62,991 nt of DNA, filler included, from Pirum gemmata (GCA_002812295.1; 25 parts of 25 records of this genome joined end to end with filler, not necessarily neighbours in it); one strand, 5' to 3'; counted from the first letter of the whole stretch, positions 11,342-24,446 are shown. Notes: generated from the sequence alone by a model not told the origin. Program-made: numbers and translations.

Positions 11342-11508
11342 GTGCTTTTCATTTATTTTGTCACTCCGAATATTTATTTGGTTGGTTATAATATTTAAAT
11401 TGACATTTTTAAATGAATAAATAGATAATAAAACATACCAAATTAAAAGAAATAGATTTATATTGTATTAATTTGGTACTATTTGATGACAAAACAACTG
11501 AAAAGCAC
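11342..11508 (+). mobile_element. MITE family A, full copy (TIR GTGCTTTTCA...TGAAAAGCAC)
   Basis: Non-coding element of about 170-185 bp with 10-bp TIRs and an internal inverted TACCAAATTAA/TTAATTTGGTA pair. About 12 full or partial copies occur in this window. Confidence 0.85.
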
Positions 11509-14128
11509 GATACTATCACGGATAGTAGAGTAGTTCTAGACTATAGACTTTAATTAAAAAATTAAACAAAAGCCTGTGTCTAATATTAAAGGGAACATTC
11601 ATAAAAGACGTCACTTATTCTTTGATAAAAGTCATTGCTCGAAAGTGNNNNNNNNNNNNNNNNNNNNNNNNNNNNNNNNNNNNNNNNNNNNTTAATTAAT
11701 TAANNNNNNNNNNNNNNNNNNNNNNNNNNNNNNNNNNNNNNNNNNNNTAATAATAATGATAATGATAATATAATAAATTAATAATAATAATAATATAATA
11801 ATATTAATAATAATAATAATAATTAATAATAATAATAATTTATACAATGGATGATTATTAATTAATAATATAGTTAATTAGTGTAAAGCAAATTAATTCA
11901 AAATGAACAAATGATTTTTTGTTTTATTTTAATATTAATACCTATTTAGAAATAATGTAGCGTATATAGAATTTTCACTATAACCAGAACAATTGTTGTT
12001 GAATTCAATAAGTAATGACATGTTCTAGTCATATTAATTCTACATATTACATTATTGAGCAAAACATAAGAAACTATAGCTATATATCTGATAATAACCA
12101 GGTATAACAGGTGTAACCAACCTAGTGTGCCACTTGCTTATAGTATAAAGTGTGATTTTTATTTGTCCATTATATTTTATGGTTGTAAAAAAGTAATATC
12201 ATTAGTCTAAATAAGATTTTAAACTAGCTAAAGAATCCCTTTGGCCAATGTCTAGATGTCTAGTTAGATGAAGTTTCACACTATGATAAACAATAAATAG
12301 TACCAAATTACTACAATATCAATCCATTTAATTTAATTTGGTATATTTTATTATAATATTTATTAATTTAAATATATCAATTTAAAGATTATAACCCTCC
12401 AAATAAATATTCCTTGCTACTAGCTACTAGCTAGACTAGTAGCTAAGAGTACCCGACTAGCACTGGCTAGCTAGTTAGGATACTCTAGCTAGTAGCTAGC
12501 TATGATACCTATGATAGTATGATATGACATAATTATCATAATATTATGATATTATCGATATGATAATAATAATATTATTATGATAGTCGGTAGTGCTAAA
12601 GTAACTAGCGAGTAACTAGCTAGAGCTAGCTAGCTAGTCTAGTAGCTATCTAGCTCCTATCTAGCTAGCTTGTAGTAGCTGTGCTATACTACTAGCTAGA
12701 GAATCCGAAGCTATCGGATGTGTGAGTATTCATTCATAGTAGTTTGAACTTTGATGTCATTTGTTTATTTATAATAAATAATAATTTAGGCCGGCAACAA
12801 TATTATAATATTTCTACAATCAATATTATTACCGAATAGTATTTATAAAACACTTTCAAACCCTACTAACTATCTCGCTAGGTAGGCCTACGTATGTTAT
12901 AAATATAATATGATTATCGATAATAATATTATGATAATCATAAGTTTAACATGTATCTATACATACATAAAATACATAAATACATTATACATATATATGA
13001 TTTTAATAAAAGAATCATAAAATTTGGATATCAACTCTTACCAAAATACCAATATTATTATAAAGATAGACCTCTACATCTTTGAAATTTGTATAATCAA
13101 AACATTACGTAATACTATATATAATTATATATAATATTTATGATATAGGAAACGAATCAATTATTATTACGATAGTCTATATTACTAGAAATATTACTAG
13201 CTAGGTCTATATGTAGAAAAAATCTAAATAGTATGATATTATCATCATATTAATTAAACAGTTTAATTTTTTTTAGTGTCAGTTAAATCTGAGTTAAATC
13301 TATCAGTTACTACTCAGTTACTTGTTTTTTTTTTTTTTTGCTAGTTTTTTTTTGGATAAAAACTTTCCAGTCTTTCCCCAACTCAACTTTACTCAAGATC
13401 TGCACAAAATGATCTCCTCAAAATGATCTTAGGCAATTTATAAATAGTCCAAATTTGTACCAGACCTTAATACTCAAAAGTCAAAAGTCCTCTGTCAAAC
13501 TGGTGCCAATCTGATACCTATTGATACTAAAAGTATCATAACTTCATCAGTAGACTAATCTATAATACACTCTAGACCCCCCGGTCTATCGATACAGTAA
13601 TATCAGATACTATAATTATAATAAATAATCTCGTATCTAGCCAGACTAGCTTGTTTTTTTTCTCTTTTACAGCTCTAGCTAGCTAGTATGAATAACTAGC
13701 TAGTCTAGCTAGCTAGCTACAATCATTACTGATGCTAAGCTATTCTACTGCTATTCTACCGTTCTACGCTATGTTTTACCAAGGACTTCAAAAATTTGAA
13801 GTCCTTGGTTTTACCACAGTTTTACAACTTGTTTTACCTATAATATATCTGATAGTTATAATAATATATTATTATAATATCATTTGAAGTCCTTGTATAA
13901 TAATTATCATGATATGATAATAATATTATGATATCGATAGTAGACTAGTATCTATGATAATATGTTTTATAATACCAGGGTAGCTAGCCGAATTTATAAT
14001 TAATTTTTTTTTTTTTTTTTTTTTTTTTNNNNNNNNNNNNNNNNNNNNNNNNNNNNNNNNNNNNNNNNNNNNTTAATTAATTAANNNNNNNNNNNNNNNN
14101 NNNNNNNNNNNNNNNNNNNNNNNNNNNN

Positions 14129-14165
<37 letters not shown>

Positions 14166-14292
14166 TTTTTGACATTGTTACGATAGTATGGGTGTTAGTG
14201 TCCATTTCATTAAATATTTATTATTATCAGCTCAGAAATTTTGTTATTGTTTATTTTATTTATTTTACATTACTTTAATATATATGTAATAG

Positions 14293-15666
14293 ACAGAAAA
14301 ACTTTATTTTGTGTTAGACTATGTTAATGGAGGTGAATTGTTCTTTCATTTACAACGAGAGCAAAGGTTTCCTGAGCAACGTGCATGCTTTTACGCTGCT
14401 GAAATAGTTTTGGCTGTTGAATTTATGCACAAAAAAGAAGTTTTGTACAGGTAATATTTCACCAATATTATTATTATTATTATTTTAATTTTCATTCGTT
14501 TATTAAATTTGTGTCTCTAACTTTTTATTCCCAAGGTTTATCTTTTCTCCTCCTATTTTTCTAAATAGATATTATAGTATTGTTGTTTATTATTTAAATT
14601 TGATATATTTGTATTTAGAGATCTAAAACCTGAAAACATTCTACTAGACTCGGTGGGTCACATAGTTTTAACTGACTTTGGTTTATGTAAAGAGGGTATA
14701 CAATTTGGTGAGACAACTGGCACGTTTTGTGGTACTCCGGAATATTTAGCCCCTGAAGTATTAAAGAAGAAACCGTACGGTCGCTCTGTTGATTGGTGGT
14801 GTCTTGGTAATATTATAAGTCTAGTAGTTGTAATGTAATAATTAAAAAGTGATTTTACTTTAATTATAGTAACAATAGAGCGTTCATAATTGATTTCTCC
14901 AGTTTAGTGTTTTCTGTAATACGTCCAACCCCTAACCCTAACCCTAACCCTAACCCTAACCCTAACCCTAACCCTAACCCTAACCCTAACCTCTCTCTCT
15001 ACTAAATGACGTCTTTTATTAACGCAGGGTAATTTAATAATCACAAATATCATTATTACCAATTCTAACACTGATCATGATACTGATAACAGTAACTAAA
15101 ACTAATAACCAACACGTACCAATTCTAGAAATTGGTATTATTACACATATTCTGGATATTGTTCTACTTTTTATATTGGTTTAGAAACCTTAACCCTAAC
15201 CCTGGCCTTAACTCTGGCCTTGACCCTAAATAAATTGCTTTTAGAAGCGAAATTCCCCCCCTCCCCCCCTCCTCCCGAACTAAATGACGTTATTTAGTAA
15301 CTCAAATTAATTTAATAATCACTAATTACCTTTTTTACCAATTCTAACACTGATCATGATACTGATAACAGTAATTAAAACTATAACCAGCACGTACCAA
15401 TTCTATTATTACACACATTCTAGATATTGTTCTACTTTTTGTATTGGTTCAGAAAGCAAAAAATAACCAAGAGATTATATTATCCCTAACTTGGAAATTC
15501 TAACCTTTCCCTTCACCAATTCATAGGAGCAGTTTTGTACGAAATGCTTGTTGGTATCCCGCCTTTTTATTCACGCGATTATAATGAGATGTACCACCGA
15601 ATTTTGTTCGACAGGCTTCGATTTCCTTCCCACGTTTCAAGTAAATCGCGGTCAATTTTATCACAA
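14293..15666 (+). CDS. SGK: AGC Ser/Thr kinase, SGK-like; internal exons 14293-14450, 14619-14806, 15527-15666
   Basis: Spliced translation [23 protein letters not shown]...[12 protein letters not shown]...[10 protein letters not shown]...[14 protein letters not shown]...[23 protein letters not shown]. All junctions are GT-AG with matching phases. [21 protein letters not shown] and VDWWCLG are SGK-type. Confidence 0.9.
15001..15455 (+). repeat. ~180-bp direct repeat in SGK intron 2 (15001-15187 and 15278-15455), each copy preceded by CCCTAA-type repeats
   Basis: Shared ACTAAATGACGT...ACCAATTCTAACACTGATCATGATACTGATAACAGTAA...GATATTGTTCTACTTTTT. (CCCTAA)n lies at 14928-14991 and variants at 15188-15230. 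Confidence 0.85.
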
Positions 15667-16317
15667 GTAAATTTTTTTTTTCGTACTATCGTTGACGTTA
15701 CTTTTTGTATTTATTATAGGGTGGTGTGTTGTTGTTGCAACATGTTATTATTGGTGCCGTGGTTGTTGTGATGGTTGTGGTAAGGTGTTATTCGGATGTT
15801 TTTCTTGCTGGTTATGGGTTATTATTGGTGATATTGTTGTTGAAAGGTGTTATTATTACTCCTCTGATAGTTGTAAGGTGTTATTGTTATTCCTATTGTT
15901 TGTGCGAGTTGTGGTAAGGTTAACGTAGTTTATTACATTTGTTTACAAACAAGCATGTGTTATTATGGAACTGGTGATGGTGCTAAGGTGATTGATAAAG
16001 TGATTGATTAAGTGATTGGCTATGGGAACCAATAATATGATTTTAACATCGTTTGCTATCACCAATATCATGTTAGTGCTTTTTAATTTACTTTATTACA
16101 ACTTTATTATTATGCAGCTGGTTGTGGTGCTAAGGTGATTGTTTTTGGGAACTGATTCATCGCTTTTCTATCATTAATATCATTTCTAGCGTAGTTTATT
16201 ATTTTTATTACGAACAGCTATCAATCATTTATTATTATTATTATTATTTATATTGATTTTATTTAATGTTGTGGTTTCTTTTTAATGAAGTTTAATATAT
16301 TTTATTATTAACGATTA

Positions 16318-16349
<32 letters not shown>

Positions 16350-16720
16350 NNNNNNNNNNNNNNNNNNNNNNNNNNNNNNNNNNNNNNNNNNNNTTAATTA
16401 ATTAANNNNNNNNNNNNNNNNNNNNNNNNNNNNNNNNNNNNNNNNNNNNCATAAATATAAAACAGAAAGCATAACGCATAAAACATAAAACATAAAACAT
16501 AAAACATAAAACATAAAACATAAAACATAAAACATAAAACAAAAATCGATACGTAAAAAGAAAATCTAGAAAACACAAAACAAAAATAAAAAATACAGAA
16601 CATATCAAAAAATTCCCTTTAAAAAATAAAACCATATAAAAGGCGAAAACAGAGATGTAAAAAAAAGAGAGAGAAATTAGTAATTTTGATAATTTTATGT
16701 TGGTTTTAAAAGATGCTAAC

Positions 16721-18398
16721 ATGAGATTAGGAAAGCGGGTTAAAGCAAATCCATGGCCAATACGCTTCGCATCCAGTATTAAAGAATCGTACAAATTTTC
16801 TAGGGTAACAATAAAAATCATTATAATTTATGCATACATCTTAAGGGAAACTCAGCAAATCGACAAATGTGGAAAACAGAAGTAAGAAAGAGAAGGAGGA
16901 GACAATAATGGCAGTAAAAATAGTAATAAAAACAGTTATAATGATAATGGTAATAACAACAATAGTGATGGAAGTAATTTAAGTATGAAGGTAATTAACT
17001 AACCCGACGTTGAAGAGCTAAGTGTTTCTCCTGCATGAAGAACTAATGGAATGGGCTTTAAATTCTATAATAACAGAAACAGAAAAACAAAAACAAGTTT
17101 AAGCAGCTTGATTCTAGAAAGGTTTCATTGCTTTCTTTAAGCTTTGCTAAGGATAGGTACGAAATGGATTTCAAAACGTTTCATAAATTCAAAATAAAAT
17201 TCTTGAAATAATAAAAATACTTAACTCTAATAAAAAATAAAATTCTAATAAACATAATAAATTACTTTAAATTCTCTTTCTAATATAATTAATAAAAATA
17301 TTTATTCAAAGTATATATATATTTAATATACAATAAATCATAATATTTTTTAAGTTTAGAGGGGGTTGTTATAATCAATAGAACTCGAAAATAAATACAA
17401 AAACCCGTATAAGAAATTATATACAAATATTAGTACAAAATATTACACAAACTCTTACCTTATGCAATGCCCTATTCTGTCCAGTTATGACCAAATTAGC
17501 CAAAGCTGACAACTTATGGGTAGTATCTTCCTAAAATAATAAAGTGTAAGTATAGAGCTTAAACACGCCATAAAAAACAATTAAACATTACATATAAGAT
17601 ATAAAACATAAAACATAAACATAAAACGTAAAACGTAAAACATACCGAAAAATAAAACAAAAAGATAAATCTTGGAAACCATAAAATATAAAAGATGAAT
17701 ATACAGCATTTATTAAACATACACATAAAACATAAATATTCATCAAAAACATAATATATAAAATATAAACACAAAACATAAAACATAAAACATAAAACAT
17801 TTATATATATATATATAGACTGTCACACTTGCCAGATTTCTAATATATAACACCTATAAATCCTAATAACTAACATAGCCAAAAAATAGGGAAGTAGATA
17901 CATAGTTTAAAGTTGAGAAAAAGATTCGACCAATAAAACAAATTAACTTACTTGTCCCACAAAATCAAATGCTACAACAAATTTAGAGAAATCGCCATGA
18001 TTGTTATCATCGCTATTGTATATATCAACAGCAACATCGAAATCCTTTTCCATACTTTCAATACTACTATGTTTTTCTAACGTCAAAATAATTTTTAATA
18101 TAAATTTCGGGAACGACAGTTGCACTTGCTTTTCAATTTTTTTTAATAATCTATAAGCAAAAATTAAAATAAAATTAGTTAACAAAATAGTGTGTTGTGT
18201 GTATCAACAAGACATAAAGATGTATACGCATACTTACTCCAAACCGACATCAGTGTACTTGTATTCGCCTTTCAAATCATACAGAAATGTAGAATAAATA
18301 ACTCGAAGCTCAACATAATAAGTTCCTCTCTCAGCAATGTCATAAAAAGTCTGATAATAGTAAGCTTCAAAAACAGGTATGTATGTGAACAGTCTATC
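16721..18398 (-). CDS. ADA2: Adenosine deaminase 2 / ADGF (CECR1)-type; internal exons 18398-18238, 18150-17952, 17530-17459, 17064-17004, 16799-16721
   Basis: Spliced motifs FTYIPVF...YYVELR...LYDLKG, VVAFDFVGQ|ED (family GFDLVGQED), LHAGET and NLYDSLILDAKRIGHGFAL (family NLxDAILLxTKRIGHG). Splice phases are consistent. Confidence 0.88.
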
Positions 18399-18903
18399 CT
18401 ATCTCAATTCAATAGTATCATATTAAAATTAAAAAATATTAAGGGAAGTAGAATTCAAACATTTAAAAACATTAAGGGAAATAGAATCGAAAAATTTAAT
18501 GTCCACTTTTCTTGCTTTCACTAAAGAACTTATTAAAAGAATAGATGTGGCCCCTTCATGCTCATAAAAAGACTCAAAACGAATAAAAAAAAATCAACCT
18601 CCTCTCAAAAAAGATAGACATCAAGAATAGGGATTGAATCAGTAGTGAGAACTAGACTGTAAACCAACAAAGCAATAAATTTAGTGGAATAAAATAAGAT
18701 ACCAAATAAAGAATGCAAGTATATATATATNNNNNNNNNNNNNNNNNNNNNNNNNNNNNNNNNNNNNNNNNNNNTTAATTAATTAANNNNNNNNNNNNNN
18801 NNNNNNNNNNNNNNNNNNNNNNNNNNNNNNTAATAATAATAATAATAATGGCAAATAATATTGATAAAAGTAAAAACACGAAAAAAATGGTAGAAAAAAA
18901 AAC

Positions 18904-20949
18904 CTGGAAAATAGACAACCAATCCTTTGTCAACAGGCTGTTTAGATACTGGGTGTTTGAATGTACAAAGCTCCATTGTTCGTGGCTTTAATGAAATAGA
19001 CTTATCGACCAACTTCTTAGCTACCTAAAACCCACGATAACATCATTAATATCAAGAGTAACAAAAGCAAGGTTAGAAGGGTTAGGGCCAGTTTTTTTTT
19101 TTTTCAGTTTTGTTATTTATGAAATATATAAATTAGTTCCGAAAAAAATCCTTAGATTATTTCTCTCAATTTTTTTGAACATCATACAAAAAGTAAGAGA
19201 GAAGAAGTCATGAGTTAAATACCCATACTTTTATTATCCTTGTTAATACAAATATTTGAAGTGATGGACGACTCCACAACACAACACATGCACCACCCAC
19301 TAATAAAAATAAATAGAACCACGAAATATTAAGAAGCTAATACGAATAACATTACTATAATAATATTAAAAAAAAAAAAATCCTATGTGGGAGATACTAC
19401 TATATGATAGCTCAACGAAAATGGGATTTTTTTAATAATCATTATATTTAAAATAAAGTTGATGTATACGTCACTACTCCGCTCACCAATACCACTATTC
19501 ATACTATTACTACCAATACTAATACTAATACTAATACTAATACTAATACCAATACCAACACAAAATACCAACACCAATACCAATACCTATACTTATACCA
19601 ATACCAATACCTATACCAATACCAATACCTATACCAATACCAATACCTATACTAATGCCAATGCCAATGCCAGTGTTACCGATATCAATTTTTTTTATTA
19701 ATCATGCTATCATATCTAAAATAAAGTTGAGTGATGTATACGTCACTACTCCGCTCACCAATACCACTATCAATACTATTACTACTGATGCTAATACTAA
19801 TACTAATACTAATACTAATACTAATACTAATTCTAATGCCAACACAAAACACCAACACCATTATCAACACCAACACCAATATCAATACTAATGCCAATAC
19901 CAATTCCAATACCTATATCTATACCTATACCTATACCTATACCAATACCAATGCCGATATTATCGATATAAATTTTTTTTATTAATCACATTATCATATT
20001 TAAAATAAAGTTGAGTGATATATACGTCACTACTCCGCTTGCCAATACCACTATCAATACTAATACTACTAATACTAATACTAATACTAATACTTATACT
20101 AATATTAATACTAATACTAATACCAACACAAAATGCCACACCAATATCAACGCCAACACTAATATCAATACCAATATCAATACCAATTACAATACCTATA
20201 CCAATATTACCGATATCAATTTTTTTCATTAATCATATTATCATATTAAAAATAAAGTTGAGTGATGTATATGTCAATACTCCGCTCACCATACCACTAT
20301 CAATATTAATACTAATACTAATACTAATACTAATACTAATACTAATACTAATACTAATACTAATACTAATACTAATACTAATACTAATCCCAATACCAAC
20401 ACAAAATACCAAAACCAATATCAACACCAACACTAATACCAATACCAATGCCAATATTACCGATATCAATTTTTTTTATTAATAATATTATCACAATTAA
20501 AATAAAGTTGAGTGATGTATACGACACTAATCCGCTCACCAATACCACTATCAATACTAATACTAATACTAATACTAATACTAATACTAATAATAATACT
20601 AATACCAACACAAAATACCAACACCAATATCAACACCAACACTAATATCAACAATACCAATATCAATACCAATACCTATACCTATACCTATACCTATACC
20701 AGTACCAATGCCAACATTACCGATGTCAATATAAATACTAATACTAATGCTAACATTAATAAATATTAATATCAACACCAATACCAATACCAATACCAAC
20801 ACCAATAACAATAACAATGCCAATACTAATATTGGTAACAATAGCATACTAATACCAACATGAATATCAATAGAAAATGACAAAAATAATTATCTAAAAA
20901 TTCCCTACCTTTAAACTATCAGGACCAGATATTCTAAACACAGCGATGC
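18904..20949 (-). CDS. GTPBP3: tRNA modification GTPase MnmE/GTPBP3, N-terminal exons 20949-20909 and 19024-18904
   Basis: GIAVFRISGPDSLK|VAKKLVDKSISLKPRT...VDKGLVVYFPG matches the TrmE N-terminal domain. GT-AG junctions; 1884-nt intron. Confidence 0.85.
19427..20730 (+). repeat. Intronic array: conserved ~95-bp core x5 separated by variable (AATACT/AATACC)n hexamer tracts
   Basis: Core TTACCGATATCAATTTTTTTTATTAAT...AAAATAAAGTTGAGTGATGTATACGTCACTACTCCGCTCACCAATACCACTATC at ~19427, 19676, 19960, 20206, 20456, plus a partial start at ~20716. Confidence 0.9.
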
Positions 20950-21235
20950 CTGTAGTAGTAGAGTAAAATAAAATAAAAAACTTTTGTAAAAAATAAACTT
21001 TACAAAAGATAATATTCCAGTCACACCTCAGGGTGTCAATAATAATAATGCTAATAATAATACTAATAATAACAATAATAACAATACCAANNNNNNNNNN
21101 NNNNNNNNNNNNNNNNNNNNNNNNNNNNNNNNNNTTAATTAATTAANNNNNNNNNNNNNNNNNNNNNNNNNNNNNNNNNNNNNNNNNNNNTAATAATAAT
21201 AATAATAATAAAGAAAATGACAATAATGATAATAC

Positions 21236-21795
21236 TATTTAATAAATTCCCATCTCTTGCCAGCATTATGAGTTTTAACAATTGATATGGCTTCAGCAAA
21301 TTTTCCCCTTCCTGTCCATAGCTCCCCATCTAAAGGCTAATTGTTGTTATTATTATTGTAATTGTTATTGTAATTGTAATTGTAATTGTAATTGTAATTG
21401 TAATTGTAATTGTAATAGTAATTGTAATTGATATTTATTTGACAATAATTCAATAAATGACAAAATACAAAAATATAAAAATTTTAACTCTCCTATTACA
21501 TCCAAAAATTTATCACAATTAGTAGATTCACCAACTACCAAACTAAATAATTTAATTTCATTAATTATTTACTATTGTTATTGTTATCGTTATTGTTATA
21601 GTTATATTGTTAAACCTGTTTCGGTAGGCCTTTCTTGAAAAATTCGGGTGCATAGAATTCGTTTCCAGCACGCGAATAAAATTTTTGGCCGTCCCAGTAG
21701 GCTCTTACTCCATCAAGCTTTTCTGAAATCCAATATCCAGCTGGATTAACTTTATCTTCGTCCCACTTATGAGCCAAAGTTACGTTTGTAGCCAT
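21236..21795 (-). CDS. Minimal ATP-dependent DNA ligase (LigE/LigK-like); exons 21795-21616 and 21336-21236, 3' part off-contig
   Basis: LAHKW...YWISEKLDGVRAYWDG (motif I KxDG), SRAGN (motif Ia), then KQ|PLDGELWTGRGKF (motif III) across a phase-0 GT-AG intron. Confidence 0.9.
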
Positions 21796-22013
21796 TTTTT
21801 AAGTTTTTTTATGATTGTATTAAGTTTATTGTTTGGTGTTGGTGTGTGTTGGTGCTGATGTTAGTGTTTTGTGTTGGTATGAGTGTGAGTGTGAGTATGT
21901 GTGTGTGTGTGTGTGCGTGTGTGTGTGCGCGCGTTGGTGTTGGTGTGAGTATATGGGTGTGAGGTGTATTGCTTGTGTTTGTGTAAGTTGTGTCTGTAAA
22001 AATAAATCAAAAA

Positions 22014-22073
<60 letters not shown>

Positions 22074-22599
22074 TTTTTTTTTTTGTTTTTTTTTTTATAA
22101 ACTACTCAGATAGACTAGCTAGAGTAGACTACTACTAGCTAGCTAGCTAGCTAGACTCTAGCTATCCGATAGTCTAGCTGGAGCTAGACCTAGACTAGCT
22201 AGACTAGTAGGTACTAAGGTAGGTAGACTATGATAGTAAAACTAAGATGATTAGTTTTGTTCAGTTGAACATAGCAAATTATTTTATATTGAAACTATCG
22301 GACATTTATTAATTAATTTGGTATGTATTAAGTAATATTTAATTTTATAAAAAAGTTCAATTAAAAGGTAAAATGGTACCAAATTAAAGAATTTCCTAGA
22401 GTTCTAATCATGCACAAAAAATTACCAAAAATAGACTAGTCCATATACTATTTAAAAATAATATGAAAGTTGGTTCCCATCATGAATTTGCATGTATTTT
22501 CATGTAGACTATCAGTAGACTATCATTGTTTACAGCCTACCGTTAGACCCCCCCTAGCTAGGTTAGACCCCCGGGCCTCGACCCCCGGGCCTAGCTAGA

Positions 22600-22778
22600 G
22601 TATTTCAGTTGTTTTGTCATCATAAAATACAAAATTAAAAGTACCAAATTAATATAATATAAATCCATTTAATTTAATTTGGTATATTTTATTATCTATT
22701 TATTCATTTAAAAATGACATCTAAAATATTATAACCAACCAAATAGATATTCGGAATGACATAATAAATGAAAAGCAC
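22600..22778 (-). mobile_element. MITE family A copy
   Basis: Reverse complement of the 11342 element, ending TGAAAAGCAC-AATA. Confidence 0.8.
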
Positions 22779-23198
22779 AATACTAGCTTTCATTTCATTA
22801 TCATATGCTCTCAATCTTTAATTTGGTACTGTTTATTAATTGAGTGTATAATTAAACATGTCTGATAGTTTAACCACACACATACATAAAACTTGTCAGT
22901 TGTATAACTGGTCATCTTTAAAATTAATCTGAGAGGGTCAAAGCTAACTTATTTTGTTTCAGTTCTAAAATAAAGGTTTTGTTTGTTTTTCAAATAAATC
23001 GATATTCCAGAAAAAGCGCGAAAAAAAACACACACAATAGTTTACTACGGTATTAATATATTATTAATAATATCCCTTACAAAAGCATAGGGTTAGCTAA
23101 CATGGAGGGGGGTTGGGGTTAGTGTTGAGACAAACCAACCACACAAACCGACACGCGAACAAACACGCGAACAAACACGAGAACAAACAAAGATCGCA

Positions 23199-23453
23199 AA
23201 AACTCAGCGAAACCCGCAAGGCGAAAAACTACCCGAAACCCCGGAAAACCATAAACACAAAAAGTGTATTTAAAACATTTAACCCATGTTGCACAAACTC
23301 AGCGAAACCCGCAAGGCGAAAAACTACCCGAAGCCCCTGAAAACCATAAACACAAAAACCATAAACACAAAAAGTGTATTTAACCCATGTTGCACAAACC
23401 CAGCGAAACCCGCAAGGCGAAAAACTACCCGAAACCCCTGAAAACCATAAACA
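23199..23453 (+). repeat. ~100-bp tandem repeat (2.5 units, runs to contig end)
   Basis: Unit AAACTCAGCGAAACCCGCAAGGCGAAAAACTACCCGAAACCCC..AAAACCATAAACACAAAAAGTGTATTTAA..CCCATGTTGCAC. Confidence 0.9.
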
Positions 23454-24446
23454 NNNNNNNNNNNNNNNNNNNNNNNNNNNNNNNNNNNNNNNNNNNNTTA
23501 ATTAATTAANNNNNNNNNNNNNNNNNNNNNNNNNNNNNNNNNNNNNNNNNNNNAACAAAAAAAAAAAAAAAAAAAAAAAAATGAAACTTTTTGATTGGTA
23601 ATTACCAGGTCAAATATATCCAGTATAAAGTATACTACTATATATGTCAAATCATCTTCAAATCAACGAGCACTATACTATTTATAATTTAGTCAGTCCA
23701 ATCAAATTTATCAAAAACTACCAGGAACCAAAATCACAGCAAAATCACCTCCTGTAAGACTTCGATATGAAATGAAATGGTGAGTAAAAAAAAAAAAAAA
23801 AAAAAAAATAAAAAAATAAAAAAAAAATAAACTATCTGATAAACTATAAACTTGGTGTTTATTACTGCGTATTCTATAATGACAAAATAACTGAAAAGCA
23901 CAATAATAGACTAAATGCGAAAAGGCCTAGCCTCTAACTATCATCACACGAGCCAAACCCCGTCAGTCTCGAAAACGTTCATTAATTGAGACGTCAGGAC
24001 CAAGCAAGGTAAATAATTTTATTACACAACTTTTTAATATTTAAACTGGTAGGTTTTTTAAATATAATAAAATAGCATTAAAGTTGTTAAAATGTCTAAA
24101 ATGTAGCCATTTTTTATTATTTTGGCTGAATAAAAAATATAAATAAAAATGACATAATCCTTTACTGGCTTCTTGTTAGAACTATTACCAAATGTGGCTT
24201 TCTAGCTAGCTAGTAGTGGCTTGAGAAATGGCTTACGTAACAAAAAGAATTGGCGTTTACAGCGAATCACAAGAATAGAATTTATAAAATATGACACTTT
24301 TTAGGAGAAATTAGGACTAGTTTTTTTCGGTTTTCACTGTTTTTCCTGTTTCCTAGAGTAGTCTATAGGCTGTATTATAGCTAGCTATGATAGCTTTTCC
24401 ACGTTCAAGTATTACATAACAGCTGCTACGTAACGCCAAATACAAA

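Noticed and set aside
17829..17853. Extra small ADA2 exon (tatag...gtgtga)
   Set aside because: It would interrupt and frameshift the conserved GQ|ED motif joined by 17952 to 17530.
19427..20730. CRISPR array
   Set aside because: The repeats are ~95 bp, the spacers are low-complexity microsatellites, the array is inside a eukaryotic intron, and no cas genes are present.
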